DNA from: Azolla caroliniana | Lineage: Eukaryota > Plantae > Polypodiophyta | Assembly: GCA_043228905.1 (NCBI GenBank) | Contig: JBHGNT010000015.1 | Location: 15,066,001-15,130,000 of the forward strand | Direction of reading: 5' to 3' | Length of the DNA stretch: 64,000 bases | Shown here: piece after piece, positions 18,931 through 30,403 of the stretch | Numbering within the stretch: position 1 is the stretch's first letter | Layout of the letters: each line of letters opens with the position of its first letter | Program-made: the position numbers and the translations under genes | The notes under the pieces: generated by a model | What the model was told of the DNA's origin: nothing | What the model saw: only the letters and a program-made list of their open reading frames with translations | The model's database searches: none

Positions 18931-20798
18931 ATTTGTTGTTTAAAAAGATTTGTTCAGACTCTGGTATAATTGAGTTTTGCCAGGTTTGATTCTCATTCCT
19001 AAATCCATGTTTTTACTCATTCTTATATTCATATTTGTTAATTGTTGAATGGTAACCTTGTTTGGTGCCTTTTGTAGGGTTCATGGATATGAGAAGAGGC
19101 TGATGCCTTTTTGCAACTAGTGTGGTCGAGATTCTTCTCATTTGATATTTGACTAAGCTATGTACAATTGTTCAAAATAGTGTTGGAACATTGTATCTTC
19201 ACTTTTCAACATCTATAAAATTATACTCAAACAATATATCTTTTTTCAATATATGATTCTTGAGGAAACTTGTGTACCATTTTATTATGTGTGTCTCTTG
19301 ATTGATTATGGTATTTTTCAAAAAAGTATAATATGTAAGTGTTGAATTCTGTTGAATTAGCAAGAACAAAATTTGAACTAGCAATTTTGTTGGGTTTTTT
19401 CTATTGTTCCAACTCTATAATCATATGAAATTCTGTTTTGAAAGCATGTAGTATTGTGGGATATATGTTGCATGGCTTAATGCTACATGACTTAACAATT
19501 AGTGATGGGTTCGATAAAGATTGAGCTATACAAAATGCTAGTTTGAAATGCATCCAGATTGAAAACATCAGAGGCGCAAAAGGTATTTGTTCAGCTAACA
19601 AAACACAATGTGGTTTCATGGCGTACATTGTCATGTGGATTTGCACAATCTATTTTAAGCTTGATAAAGGCATCAAAAGTATGTGGGCCATATAGATCTG
19701 TTGAACACTTTTTGTAAAGCTAATATTGATAATGTACATAATTCTTATAATTCAATGTGCCATTGTTTTGTAATATAGACCTATGATTTTGGGGAGATCT
19801 TAGATGCTTTTATCGGTATGTACGATTGAGCACTGATAAAATGAATGAAGTCGGAATTTTTCTATGGCATCTTCTAATGTAGTAATGTCTTGCTACATTG
19901 TGTGTGTGTCTTATATCCTTTGCCATTCGATGATTGATCCCATGGTGCCAACCAAGATCAATGCATTTCAACTATTTTTTTCCTTTGAAGCTACCTTCTA
20001 CAATCTCAACATGAATAAGTTTGCAAAAGATATGGAAGAGGGCTCTTCTCCATGTGGAGATTATGTACATTTCCTAAATGAGTTGCATTCCATATGACTA
20101 TATTCCACTTTATATTGCTTGAATAGGTATCAAACTTTGCATAAATATCCACCAATGAAATCCATTTATTTCTACACATCATTGACCTCCTCAGGAGGAA
20201 CAGACACTAATGTCTCCTGTATTCATAAACTTTATAGCTCCCTTACTATTCTCCTTCATAGTGGGCATATCTGAAGATATGATAACAGATTATATGTATT
20301 ATATGTCAGTAATATCCAAAATGGAGAGAATATGTTAAAGTTCCACAATTTTTAAAACGATTGACTTGCTTCTGTGTCCAAAATGGGGAAAGAGTGTATG
20401 GCAAAACTCTCAAAATAGTCTCTGCTCTCATTTAGAGCAATGATTGTTGGTTCCGTATACAAAATCAAAACAATAAAACAAGGTTAGCAATTGGAATAGA
20501 TCATCTGTTGAAACCACTAACTTCTATTTCAAACTTCAAGATAAAAATTACACAAAACGTTATCACTCAACGTAACATTTTATTGTAGTTGAGTGATAAC
20601 GTTTTTGTTGTAGTTATCACTCAACTACAATAAAACGTTATGTTGAAACAAAAACAAGAGAGGAAGCACATGGAGGAGAGGAGGAGAGAAAAAAAAACAA
20701 GAGAGGAAGCACATAGAGGAGAGGAGGAGAGAAAGAGAAACAAGAGAGGAATCACATGGAGGTGAGAGGGAGAGACTGAACATATCTTGAGTTGTGAA

Positions 20799-21244
20799 TA
20801 ATAATCGGCAACGGAACCGAACTGAACCACGAAACCGCGGCTTAACAGTTTAAACGTTTCGGTTCGGTTTCAACAATTAAAAACCGTAGTTTAAATGGTT
20901 TAGCGTTTTCTTTTTTACTTAACAAAAAACTTTAAAAATTTTAAAAAGATTTGTTTTTAAATAATCTTTTCATTTTCATGCCTTATTCTCACATTTTGGG
21001 AAAATTTAGAAATTTTAAATAATGAAAATTTTTAAATTTTTACAATTTTTTGAATTTAAATTTTAAATTTTGACCTAAGCTGAAAACTAAAACCGAACCA
21101 CGAAACCGTGGTTTTACCGGTTTAATGTCTTAACGGTTTGAATTTTTTTTAATGGTTTGGTTTAACGGTTTCGTGGTACGGTTCATGTTTCAACATCTCT
21201 AAACGGTTCGGTTTCAAACCAAACCGAACCGTTGCCGATTGTTA
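20799..21244. mobile_element. hAT-type MITE (446 bp)
   Basis: TIRs TAATAATCGGCAACGG / CCGTTGCCGATTGTTA (15/16); perfect 8-bp TSD GTTGTGAA at 20791-20798 and 21245-21252; subterminal AAACCG/CGGTTT repeats. Confidence 0.92.
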
Positions 21245-24200
21245 GTTGTGAATCATATAAAATCACTTTGGGCCTGTGATTGATCTCCATTTGCATGTTC
21301 TTGTGTGTAATAAGTCTAATTGTGATTTGGAACATGATATATGCCCTATGCTAATATTTATTAATTTAAACATTAATTTAACATTTTGTAACTAAACATT
21401 AATTTAACATTTTGCTCTTAATCTAATATTTATTGTAGTGAAAAATGTTAGTCTTTGAACTTAATCTCATCGGATTTCCATGTGGAACAACCAAGGGAAA
21501 GAGGTTGAGTAAAGTCCTTGCCTAGAGAAAATGCCCAAAGGCCTTCAAAGGGGATTCATATAGGCAATTCACAAACTCTTTTCAAAAGCATGAACTTTAC
21601 TTTCCCTTTCGATACACTAATTCCCTTTGAAAGCACATGAGTGCCTTGTAAACATGAGCACCGCTTCAATCCATGGATGGCCCAAATCCATTAAGGATCA
21701 TTTGTTCAACAACCAAATCCACGAAAAGAGGCCTCAAGTCCACAAATCGAAAAGCAACACACAAAAGATGGTTAAAGGAAGACCCTCTCAAGAGCCTCAC
21801 AACTTCACTAGTTCAAGCTTCCCATGGTTCCGCTCAAGTAGCACATGTGTGTGATAATTCTATTGGTGAAGGCGGCAAGGTTCCTAATTTTGTGTTATTT
21901 ACAATGGATTCGCAGTTTACACCACATCATCAAAATCATAATTTGAGAGAACCCACATTTGATCCTCATCACAGACTAGGCCCCTCATCTCATCGATCAC
22001 AATCGGTCTTTTGTGGGCGTTAGAAAAGATATATTTATCGATCGATCGATGAAATCATGGAAGTCTAAAGGTCTTCTTAATTTAAACCTAACATTGACAC
22101 ACGCCTAATCACTAAACATGATTAAGAAATATGTTGTTCTTAATTAAGTAGATTATTGCTAGATGTAAAAACATGACTTATCTCAATTAAATAGATAATT
22201 GTTAAGTAATAAATATGTTACATATCTCAATTAATTAACGGGAAAAGCTACATACAAATGGGAGAGAAATAGGACCAAAGTTGGGGAACCCGGAAATCCT
22301 TTTTATGTACATGAGAGCCTAAAGGGTCCATTTCACACTACAACCTGTTTTGATTTATAATTGTCACATAATAAAGGCTAGTTCCCACAATTCACAAATG
22401 CTAACATGTTTCTTTCATATATTTGGTCTATCACCTATATTTTAGATTGAGAATGTTATGGCTTGGAGGAATATTAGAACCACAAAATATGGCATTATGA
22501 TGGAGCACTCATGAAACTTGTTTAATAATTGTTGGCTCTATTTTAATCCCTTTCTCTAAAATAGAGTATTTCCAGATAATCAACAACTCATAAAAAGCAA
22601 TGAGAAGTCAAAAGATCAGCGACAACTCTTCCACTCAGCACCGTCGGATCACGAAGGTAGACTTTCGTCACTACTCGATTGGTGGGTCTTGCGGTAAAGC
22701 TCCGGGTTGAAGGTGGTGGTGTTGCGCTAAGGCTTCTTATATTATTAATAAAGCTTCAAAGTAAAATTATGACAAGGGAATGGTAGGATGATAATTCTAT
22801 GCTCCTATGATCCTAAGCAAACAAATATTAATATAGCTTGGTGCCTTGTAATGGGAATTAACATTAGCAGTTTCATTAGGGTCCTAATAATACATAGATT
22901 GGTAACCCTAATGACAACTCATCTATTGTTTTAATACTTAACCGTTCCCTCTACTGACCAAAACAAGGGGTACAATTGATGCTTGTTCACATTGACAAGA
23001 GGTAATATATGAGTATGCGCACAAGTTCATATAGATGTTCACATACATTTAGAACAATGCGTCAGGGAGGCTTATAACTTTAGTTCTAATGGGTTTCTCA
23101 ACCCTCACCCCAACAAATCAAAATTTCTATTTGCATGCGAAACATGTAAGTGTGAAAGGTGATTAATGTTTGTCATAGAAGTGCATTTCACACTTTTCTG
23201 ATGGCTCCACCACATGAGGTGAAGTGTACCATGGTGGCATGTTTTCCCCCACCTTGTATGTCAATGAAAAAAAGTGCATAATTATGCATGAGAGTAGTGT
23301 GAATCCAACCTTATTTCCTTTGAATGAGCCCACAAGTATATTTGTTGATCTGCCACAAACCCTCTCTTGCACGTTTCTTTTCTTTTCATTTTACGTTTTA
23401 TGCTTCAAACCCTCTCTTGAAGGTTTCTTTTCTTTTCTTTTTACATTTTATTATGACAATAGTTCATGAGTTGGTGATATGGCAAGAGATGTGACACAAA
23501 TTACATGGCAACACCTTTCTTGAGGAGATTCTTGTTGCTCCCTACCATTGGGCTTAACTAAAGCCTGTAGATGCCTTTAAAAGTTTCGCCTTCACTGGTT
23601 TTATGTAGCCAAAGGGCTTTAAGCCAAAAACCTTCTCGATGATTTTTTATTACTTCCAAACCTTTACCACACAACCCAACAAAATTAAAATTATCATTTA
23701 GTTCTATTTTGCCTTGTGTGTTAGCAGGTTAAATATTTTTCTCATAATTCGCCTACCCTAGTGGTAAACTATTGAAGCCATAACTTAAGGTAATGGATTA
23801 AAAGCCATTGCTTTCATACATCTTTGTTATACCATGTATTCTTGGCTACGATTCAAAGCCACAATGTATCAAACAACCTTATAGTTTCCAAAGATAATGG
23901 CATAATTTTCTCAATTATGGCACATCGACCTCAATTGACACAAATAATTGCATCAAACTACCTCATGCAATAATTCACACAACCATCTCAACCCTGATAG
24001 GTCATCTCTAAACAATTGTAAGGCAATATTAACGTTGTCTCCAAACCATTGACACAATCATGGCATTTATGACCAATTGTGCATCATGGAGTTATGTATT
24101 TATTCCACTTTTATTTTTGTTTAAGTGAATTTAAAGTTTGTTTTGTCCTTTCATTTTTACTTATTCTAAGACATATATAAGGTTTGACACTTACGGGAAA

Positions 24201-24410
24201 GGGAATTTCTTACTTCATGTTATGGTGGCATGTCCAAGGACCAAGATGTCGTCGATACACCATTTGGTTCCTTTCCCTCTCACTCTCACACTCAATCATA
24301 TGCTTTTTCCATATGCACAAAAAAAAACCTTCTTGTCTTTAATACAATAGTGAGGGATTTATGGTAAGGAAAAGCTTCAAGGGTGTTGTAAGACTCAATG
24401 GAAATTTGTT

Positions 24411-24530
24411 CATAGAATTAACTTTGTTGTATAAACTACCGAAACAATATTCCCATTAGCCTATGTATTGCATAGAACTAACTCCGTTGTATAAACTACC
24501 GAAACAATATATCCCATTAGCCTATGTATT
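24411..24530. repeat. ~60-bp tandem duplication
   Basis: CATAGAA.TAACT..GTTGTATAAACTACCGAAACAATAT...CCCATTAGCCTATGTATTG occurs twice. Confidence 0.85.
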
Positions 24531-25000
24531 GTTGTGGTACTCTCTAGAGACCCAACAAATAGTAGTGTGTCTAACTATACCATAGGCCCAGTACCTAAGA
24601 TAGGCAAGCATGAGTGTATACACCAGGAAGGGCAAAGCTCTTGCTCTTTGAGCAAACAACTTAATGAGAAGGTGACAACATTTTATCGGTTAAGAATGGT
24701 GAATTGGGCATGTGGGAAGTACTCGTCTAACATCCTCCCTATTTACTCAATGAGAAGGTGACAACATTTTTAACGGTCAAGAATGCCAAATTAGGCATGT
24801 GAGAAGTACCTGCATGTCATCCTCCTCAATCACAGGAAAGGCATGGTTCCATTACCTTGTATGAAAACATGCCAGCATCTCATATGCCAACACCGAAGGC
24901 AAATGGCTTGGCCACGATTTTCCTATCCAAGAAGGGTACTTTCAAGGAAGAAATGGAAGATCAGAGAGTGATGGCCTAGAACGCTCCAGATGCTAGACAT

Positions 25001-25289
25001 CATATATATATATATTTACGTAAAAAGAAGGCCAAAGTTCATAATATACTTGAATGCATTGGCAAACATTCTTTTTCATATGAATGCAAATGAATGCGTA
25101 TGTTATCAAAACATTCTTATGTTTTTTTCCTTTACACTTTTTACCTTAACCTTAAAAGAATTTACCTTATAATAAATAATGAATATAAAATATGGTAATT
25201 CCCATACTTCGAAGGGTGTTTACCATACTCAAATGATTGAAACATTCTCGAATGCGAATGCACGTATGTTACATAAGGTTCATACTATG
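25001..25289. mobile_element. MITE related to the 56551-56795 element
   Basis: Ends GGTTCATACTATG, the reverse complement of the CATAGTATGAACC terminus at 56551; shares GAATGCGAATG motifs. Left end degraded and no TSD seen. Confidence 0.55.
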
Positions 25290-25693
25290 GTCCTAGGCCT
25301 CCACCTCGACCTTGACCAACGGAGAAGCTCCATCTTTTTTCCAATCCCAAAGGCCTCTACCTCAAACTTGACCAACAGAGACTGCTCCATCTTTTTCCAA
25401 TCCCAAAGGCCTCCACCGACCTTGACCAACAAAGAAGCTCCATCTTTTTCCAATCCCCATGCCTCCACTCAAAACCTTGACCAACAGAGAAGCTCCATCT
25501 TTTTTCCCGTTCCCTAGCCTCAACCTCGACCTCGACTGATAGATAAGCTAGCTCCATCTATTTCCCGTCCTTAGGCCTCCAGCTTGACCTTGACCAACAA
25601 GGAAGCTCCATCTATTTCCAGGTCCCCGAGGCTTCCCACCTCGACCATAACAACAGAGAAGCTCCATCTTCTTTTTCCGGTTGCCAGGCCTCC

Positions 25694-25726
<33 letters not shown>

Positions 25727-25745
25727 AGCAAAGAAGCTCCATTTG
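25290..25745. repeat. Degenerate ~55-65-bp minisatellite (about 8 units)
   Basis: Recurrent TTGACCAACAGAGAAGCTCCATCTTTTT core with related CC..GGCCTCCACCTC linkers. Confidence 0.85.
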
Positions 25746-26167
25746 TTTCGAAAAATTCCCCAAGGCCTTCACCAACAAAAAAAGCTCTCTCTCTATTGTG
25801 TGTGTGGTCACGACTCACACCCACCCAACACCATATGGTCGTGATTATGGGTGAAAGCATTTAATGTTGCCCCCCAAAAAAACCCTGTTTCTCTGCACTT
25901 TCTGCAGATGATGATGATGATGATGATGATATGAGTGGCACCATGGTAGCTATGGCGTATTTAATCCTTCCCTCCTCCTCCTCCGCATCTCTCTCTCTCT
26001 CTCTCCCCTCTTCTGGTCGGCGTTTTCTTTTTCTTCTTCTCACCATAGCCATCGCTAGGTCCACCATCAACACATAATTAGAGAGACGCGCACTCTCTGT
26101 CGGATCTTCCTGCCTTGATCCTTCTGCTTCAACTCCAGCTCCAGCCCAACCCTAATCTCCACATCAG

Positions 26168-26217
26168 AAACCCTAATCTCCATATCAGAAACCTCACCGC
26201 CCTCATCCAAACCCTAA
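26168..26217 (+). promoter_or_regulatory. Telo-boxes (AAACCCTAA) upstream of the NHL gene
   Basis: AAACCCTAAT at 26168 and 26209, within a CT-rich leader region. Confidence 0.45.
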
Positions 26218-26680
26218 TATCCTTCAGAATAACATTCGATCCGTCCGTTTTAATGCTCCAGCCTCACCACAAACCCTACTCCCTACTTCTCAACATGTTC
26301 CTGCTGCGTCGTTTAGACTGATGCTTGCCTTTAGCTTGATCAACACCCCGAATTCCTCTGAGTAATTCTGCACATCTAACTTTTTGTTTGTTTTATCCAA
26401 TATTTTTTTGTACAACTTATTTCCTTGTCTTCTTCTTCTTCTTCTTCTTTTCTTTCATCCTTTGTCCAATCCTGACCCTAACCCTCAATCTCTGGTAAAG
26501 TCTTTTCTTTGCGGCTTCTCTTTCCATTCTCTGCAGCCTCATGCTGTGGCCAAATCAAAACCAAATTCTCTAACTAACGGATCTCTTTGCCACTTCATTC
26601 TCGCATTCATTCATTCATTCATTCTTGCTGTCTATGTCCAGGAGGTTCTATCCAGAGAAATCAGCCCTAATTCTGAGGCC

Positions 26681-27328
26681 ATGTCTGTCTTCAGCACTAG
26701 TTCTTATGGGGATGAATATTACGGCGGAAGGCCTGGTCACAATCGGCGCCGCTGCTGCTCCGCTATAGCTATCTGCACAGCATTCTTTCTCATCGTTCTC
26801 GTCATCCTCATCATACTAGTTATTCTTGCATTCACTGCGTTTAAACCTAAAGAACCAACCATCCATGTCGAAGATGTAAAGCTCCAACGCTTCAATGTGA
26901 ATGTTCAGAGAACTGGTCTCCTCTCCATATCCGTCTCCGCCAACATCACCCTCGCCATCGTCATCTCTGTCAATAACCCTAACAAAGCGAGCTTTCAATA
27001 CACAGACAGCGAGTCGCAGGTCTATTACCATGGCCAACAAGTCGCCATGGTTCCTATACCTTCAGGGAAAATTGGATCGCAAGACTCAGAAAATATATCA
27101 ACATCGCTTGATCTTTACGCTGATAAACTTCTGACGAACACGCACTTGATCAACGATTACTTTTCTGGTTCTCTTCCATTCGAGACGAGTACGAAGTTAT
27201 CAGGAAGAGTGAAGGTTCTTGGATTCATCAGACATCATGTGGATATCTCTGCACAGTGTAATATCACCATCGCTGTGAACAGTACCTCCATCCAAGATGT
27301 GGACTGTCAAAACACGGTCAATCTTTAG
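26681..27328 (+). CDS. NDR1/HIN1-like (LEA_2 domain) membrane protein, 215 aa
   Basis: RRRCC followed by a hydrophobic TM helix, FKPKEP, motif NPN(KASFQY), YHGQQV, GRVKVLG..., C.I.I and terminal C; GCC-ATG context. The upstream in-frame extension looks like UTR/intron (possible intron 26495-26641). Confidence 0.9.
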   Translation: MSVFSTSSYGDEYYGGRPGHNRRRCCSAIAICTAFFLIVLVILIILVILAFTAFKPKEPTIHVEDVKLQRFNVNVQRTGLLSISVSANITLAIVISVNNPNKASFQYTDSESQVYYHGQQVAMVPIPSGKIGSQDSENISTSLDLYADKLLTNTHLINDYFSGSLPFETSTKLSGRVKVLGFIRHHVDISAQCNITIAVNSTSIQDVDCQNTVNL

Positions 27329-28217
27329 CAAAGGAGATATGGTTTTTCTTCCGTTTCCTTCTCCCGTGAAATCTGCATTCTTTTGCTTTGAAGCTTTCCA
27401 TTTTCCCTATCTGAATTCCGTGGAGAAGTTTCTGAGTTTCTTTTATTTGTCATCATCTGTTATATTTTTGGAAGCATTTCTCAGTCTTTTGTATCTGGCC
27501 TCTACGGAAAAAAAGAAAGGCTTCTGCGTTTCCTTATCTATTTCTAAAGATTTGCTAATCTGTGGAATTAGCTTACACCATCCATAACTGTTATTTGCTA
27601 GGTTAACTTCCATTTTCCGTCTTTCATCTCTGAAGTTTCCTTTCAGCCTCCATATCTGTCATCTCCAAAATTAGCTTACAGTTTCCATATATGATATCAG
27701 CGAAAAATTAGCATACGTTTATCTGTACAAGCTTCAGTTGATCATATCTGTATCTCTGAAAGCTTCTGCCTTATTATGGACTGGATCATTTCTAGCTGTG
27801 AGAGCTTCTATATCTCGCTGTCAAAAGCTTCCATATCTACTCGTGAAAAGCTTTCAGTTCTGATGTTTACAAATCCAACTATACATATATTCTTTGAAGC
27901 TTAATTCCATATCCATCTCTCAGAAATTCCTGTTTCTGTAAGCCTGTCTTTGAATTGGCTTATAATTTATGTGTGAAAGAGCTTGGATCAGTTTCTATTG
28001 TCGTATTCTTCTTTAATGGGGCATTCCTGTATTTTCCAGATCTATTTCTTTATCTTGTCTATTAAATGTTCCCACATCTCCATATCTATGAATTTGAAGC
28101 TCTGCATTTTTACCATATCAGTGAAGCTCTGCTGTCCCTGATCTTCGAAAAGCTTCTTGACTTTTCTACCTCTGTTCAAGAAGCTTATCGCTACTGTTTT
28201 TCGTTGTGGCCTTCGAT

Positions 28218-28282
28218 ACATGTGTATGTATGTATGTATGTACATATGTACATATGTGTGTATGTATGTGTGTATATATATA

Positions 28283-28313
<31 letters not shown>

Positions 28314-28578
28314 GTATGTATGTATGTATGTATGTATATGTAAGTGTATGTATGTATGTATGTACATATGTGTGTAGTTATGCATGTATGTACATATATG
28401 TGTGTGTATGTATGTGTATGTATGTATGTATGTGTGTGTATGTATGTATATGTATGTATGTGTATGTATGTATCAAATGTATGTATATACATATGTGTGT
28501 GTGTGTATGTATGTATGTATATATATGATATATATATGTGTGCGTGTGTGCGTGTGTGTACGTACGTATGTATGTATA
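28218..28578. repeat. Compound (TATG)n/(TG)n microsatellite
   Basis: Directly visible low-complexity tract. Confidence 0.95.
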
Positions 28579-29049
28579 CTTTCCTACAATAATGTGCATT
28601 CTGGGAATAACAATCTCTCTTAATCAATTGGATACTCTTATACATATGTAGTTGTTTCCTCAATTATTTATATTTATTGATCAAAATAGTCATTAACCTC
28701 TAGTGAAGGAAGTTTCTCCTTTGCAAAACATACCTTGAGCATTGCTTATTTTCTTAGTGTGTGTGTCTTGTGGGAGGGTGATATCCTTACTATAAGAAAA
28801 GGGGAATTGAGAGGAGCGAACCAAAGATTGTCGTCCTAGGGGCAGGGCAATACAAGTTGCCGATCAAGGATGCATCACTTTCATGCTTTGATGAGATATA
28901 AGATTAATCGTAGGAGGAGATAATATGTTGATGTTTATTTCAAGGCATTATCACCTGATCATGAGACCAAGTCCATGAGCACAAGAATTAAAATCGAGTA
29001 TAGCTAAATGCGCCAACTCCACATCAAAGCAAGAGGTCAACCCTTCTCC

Positions 29050-29053
<4 letters not shown>

Positions 29054-29085
<32 letters not shown>

Positions 29086-29155
29086 AATGGGTAAATATGC
29101 CATTTTTGTTGTAAACCAATTGTCTCATGGGCCAATTTTGGTCTTAGAAGACACT

Positions 29156-29219
<64 letters not shown>

Positions 29220-29262
29220 ACAAATACACACACACACACACACTCTCTCTCTCTCTCTCTCT
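29054..29262. repeat. (CT)n and (CA)n microsatellites at the LINE 5' flank
   Basis: Directly visible. Confidence 0.9.
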
Positions 29263-29526
29263 CAAAGCTCTCTGTAAGTTCACTTCGGCCATCGTTTTCT
29301 ACGTTCTATAGCTCGTTGGAAAGCTCTTTGAGAGAGCTTTCTAAAGAATGTTCATTTACTGAATTCCGTTACCGTGGCGAGAAGTTATGAGCATTTTCAT
29401 CCGCAGCCATCTTTGCCCCACGGTTCCTCAAACAGAAGGTAGATTTTCAAGCCCTAAATCGAGTGAAAGGTACATTCTCTCTCCTTCCCTCTCTGTCTCT
29501 CTCTTCCCGTAGGGTTTTTCCCTACA

Positions 29527-30396
29527 ATGGCAAATACTCGTAAAACCGCCGCAAAGTTCAGGGGTATTGTTGATAATGAGCCGAGATCACCAACAAATCT
29601 CGATTCTAATGCAATGGACAAAATGCTTATGAGTCACTTGAATTCACTTCAAGAAACCATAAACAAGCAAGGTGAAGAGATTAGGACGTTAATGAAAGAG
29701 AATACTAAGCTCCAAAGTGTTGTCATTGAGAATGAAAGTCTTAAACAAGTGGTTGCAAAACTTCAAGAAGATATTCAAGAATGTAAAAGAGCTTCTTTTG
29801 AAACAAATGAGCGCCTTAACAAGATTGAGTTAAAGGAAGCATTAAAAGAAGAAAAATTGGACACGATGAGGCGGGATGTAAGTGAGAGTAAAAATGTATG
29901 TACAACGAAGTCATGGGCCGATGTATGTGGTGGGGATGTGCTATCAAACTCATCTAATATGCATGTGATGCATCAAGAGAAGAATATAGAAAGCATAGAT
30001 GTCCGAGAATTGAAAGAACGTGAACGAAGATCAAAGAACATTGTCGTCCGTGGGATTAAAGAAGAGAGTATGGAAACACCCGCATCCCTTGGAACGGCCA
30101 TTGGTGAATTTTTTAGCATGCATTATGGGATATCAAATGTGAATGTATATGGGGCACACCGAGTTGGGAAACATGGTATTACTCGCTCTGGAGAAAGGCC
30201 TATTGTATGCACAATGACAGATGATACAAAGCGGCGGATCATACTCGAAAATAGTTGGGTATACCTCAAAGGTACACAATGCTTTGTGAGTGAAGATCGT
30301 ATTATCTCACAACAAAATGCTCGTCGTAAAGCATATGAAGAAAGATTGAAAAATAAGGTTAAGGATGTGCCTAAAGATGGAAATGTAGGCAAATAG
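29527..30396 (+). CDS. LINE ORF1 (coiled coil plus RRM-like), 289 aa, intact
   Basis: Heptad-rich N-terminus; SWADV; ERRSKNIVVRGIKE; AHRVG...RPIVC; FVSEDR. Confidence 0.8.
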   Translation: MANTRKTAAKFRGIVDNEPRSPTNLDSNAMDKMLMSHLNSLQETINKQGEEIRTLMKENTKLQSVVIENESLKQVVAKLQEDIQECKRASFETNERLNKIELKEALKEEKLDTMRRDVSESKNVCTTKSWADVCGGDVLSNSSNMHVMHQEKNIESIDVRELKERERRSKNIVVRGIKEESMETPASLGTAIGEFFSMHYGISNVNVYGAHRVGKHGITRSGERPIVCTMTDDTKRRIILENSWVYLKGTQCFVSEDRIISQQNARRKAYEERLKNKVKDVPKDGNVGK

Positions 30397-30403
30397 GGAC
30401 ACA

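Noticed and set aside
19000-24400. Possible ancient coding remnants in AT-rich DNA (also 61250-64000)
   Set aside because: No motif could be recognised with confidence by eye; a translated search is needed.
25290-25745. CRISPR-like repeat-spacer pattern
   Set aside because: The linkers are homologous to each other, the repeats are degenerate, the context is eukaryotic and no cas genes are present; it is a minisatellite.
25861-26073. Small divergent minus-strand gene
   Set aside because: Composed of (GAT)n and (CT)n simple repeats; no recognisable domain.
26384-26680. 99-aa N-terminal extension of the NHL ORF
   Set aside because: Non-ATG start in pyrimidine-rich UTR/intron-like sequence; the family architecture begins near ATG 26681.
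28042-28663. Cys/Val/Tyr/Met- or His/Thr-rich ORFs
   Set aside because: Translation artefacts of the microsatellite.
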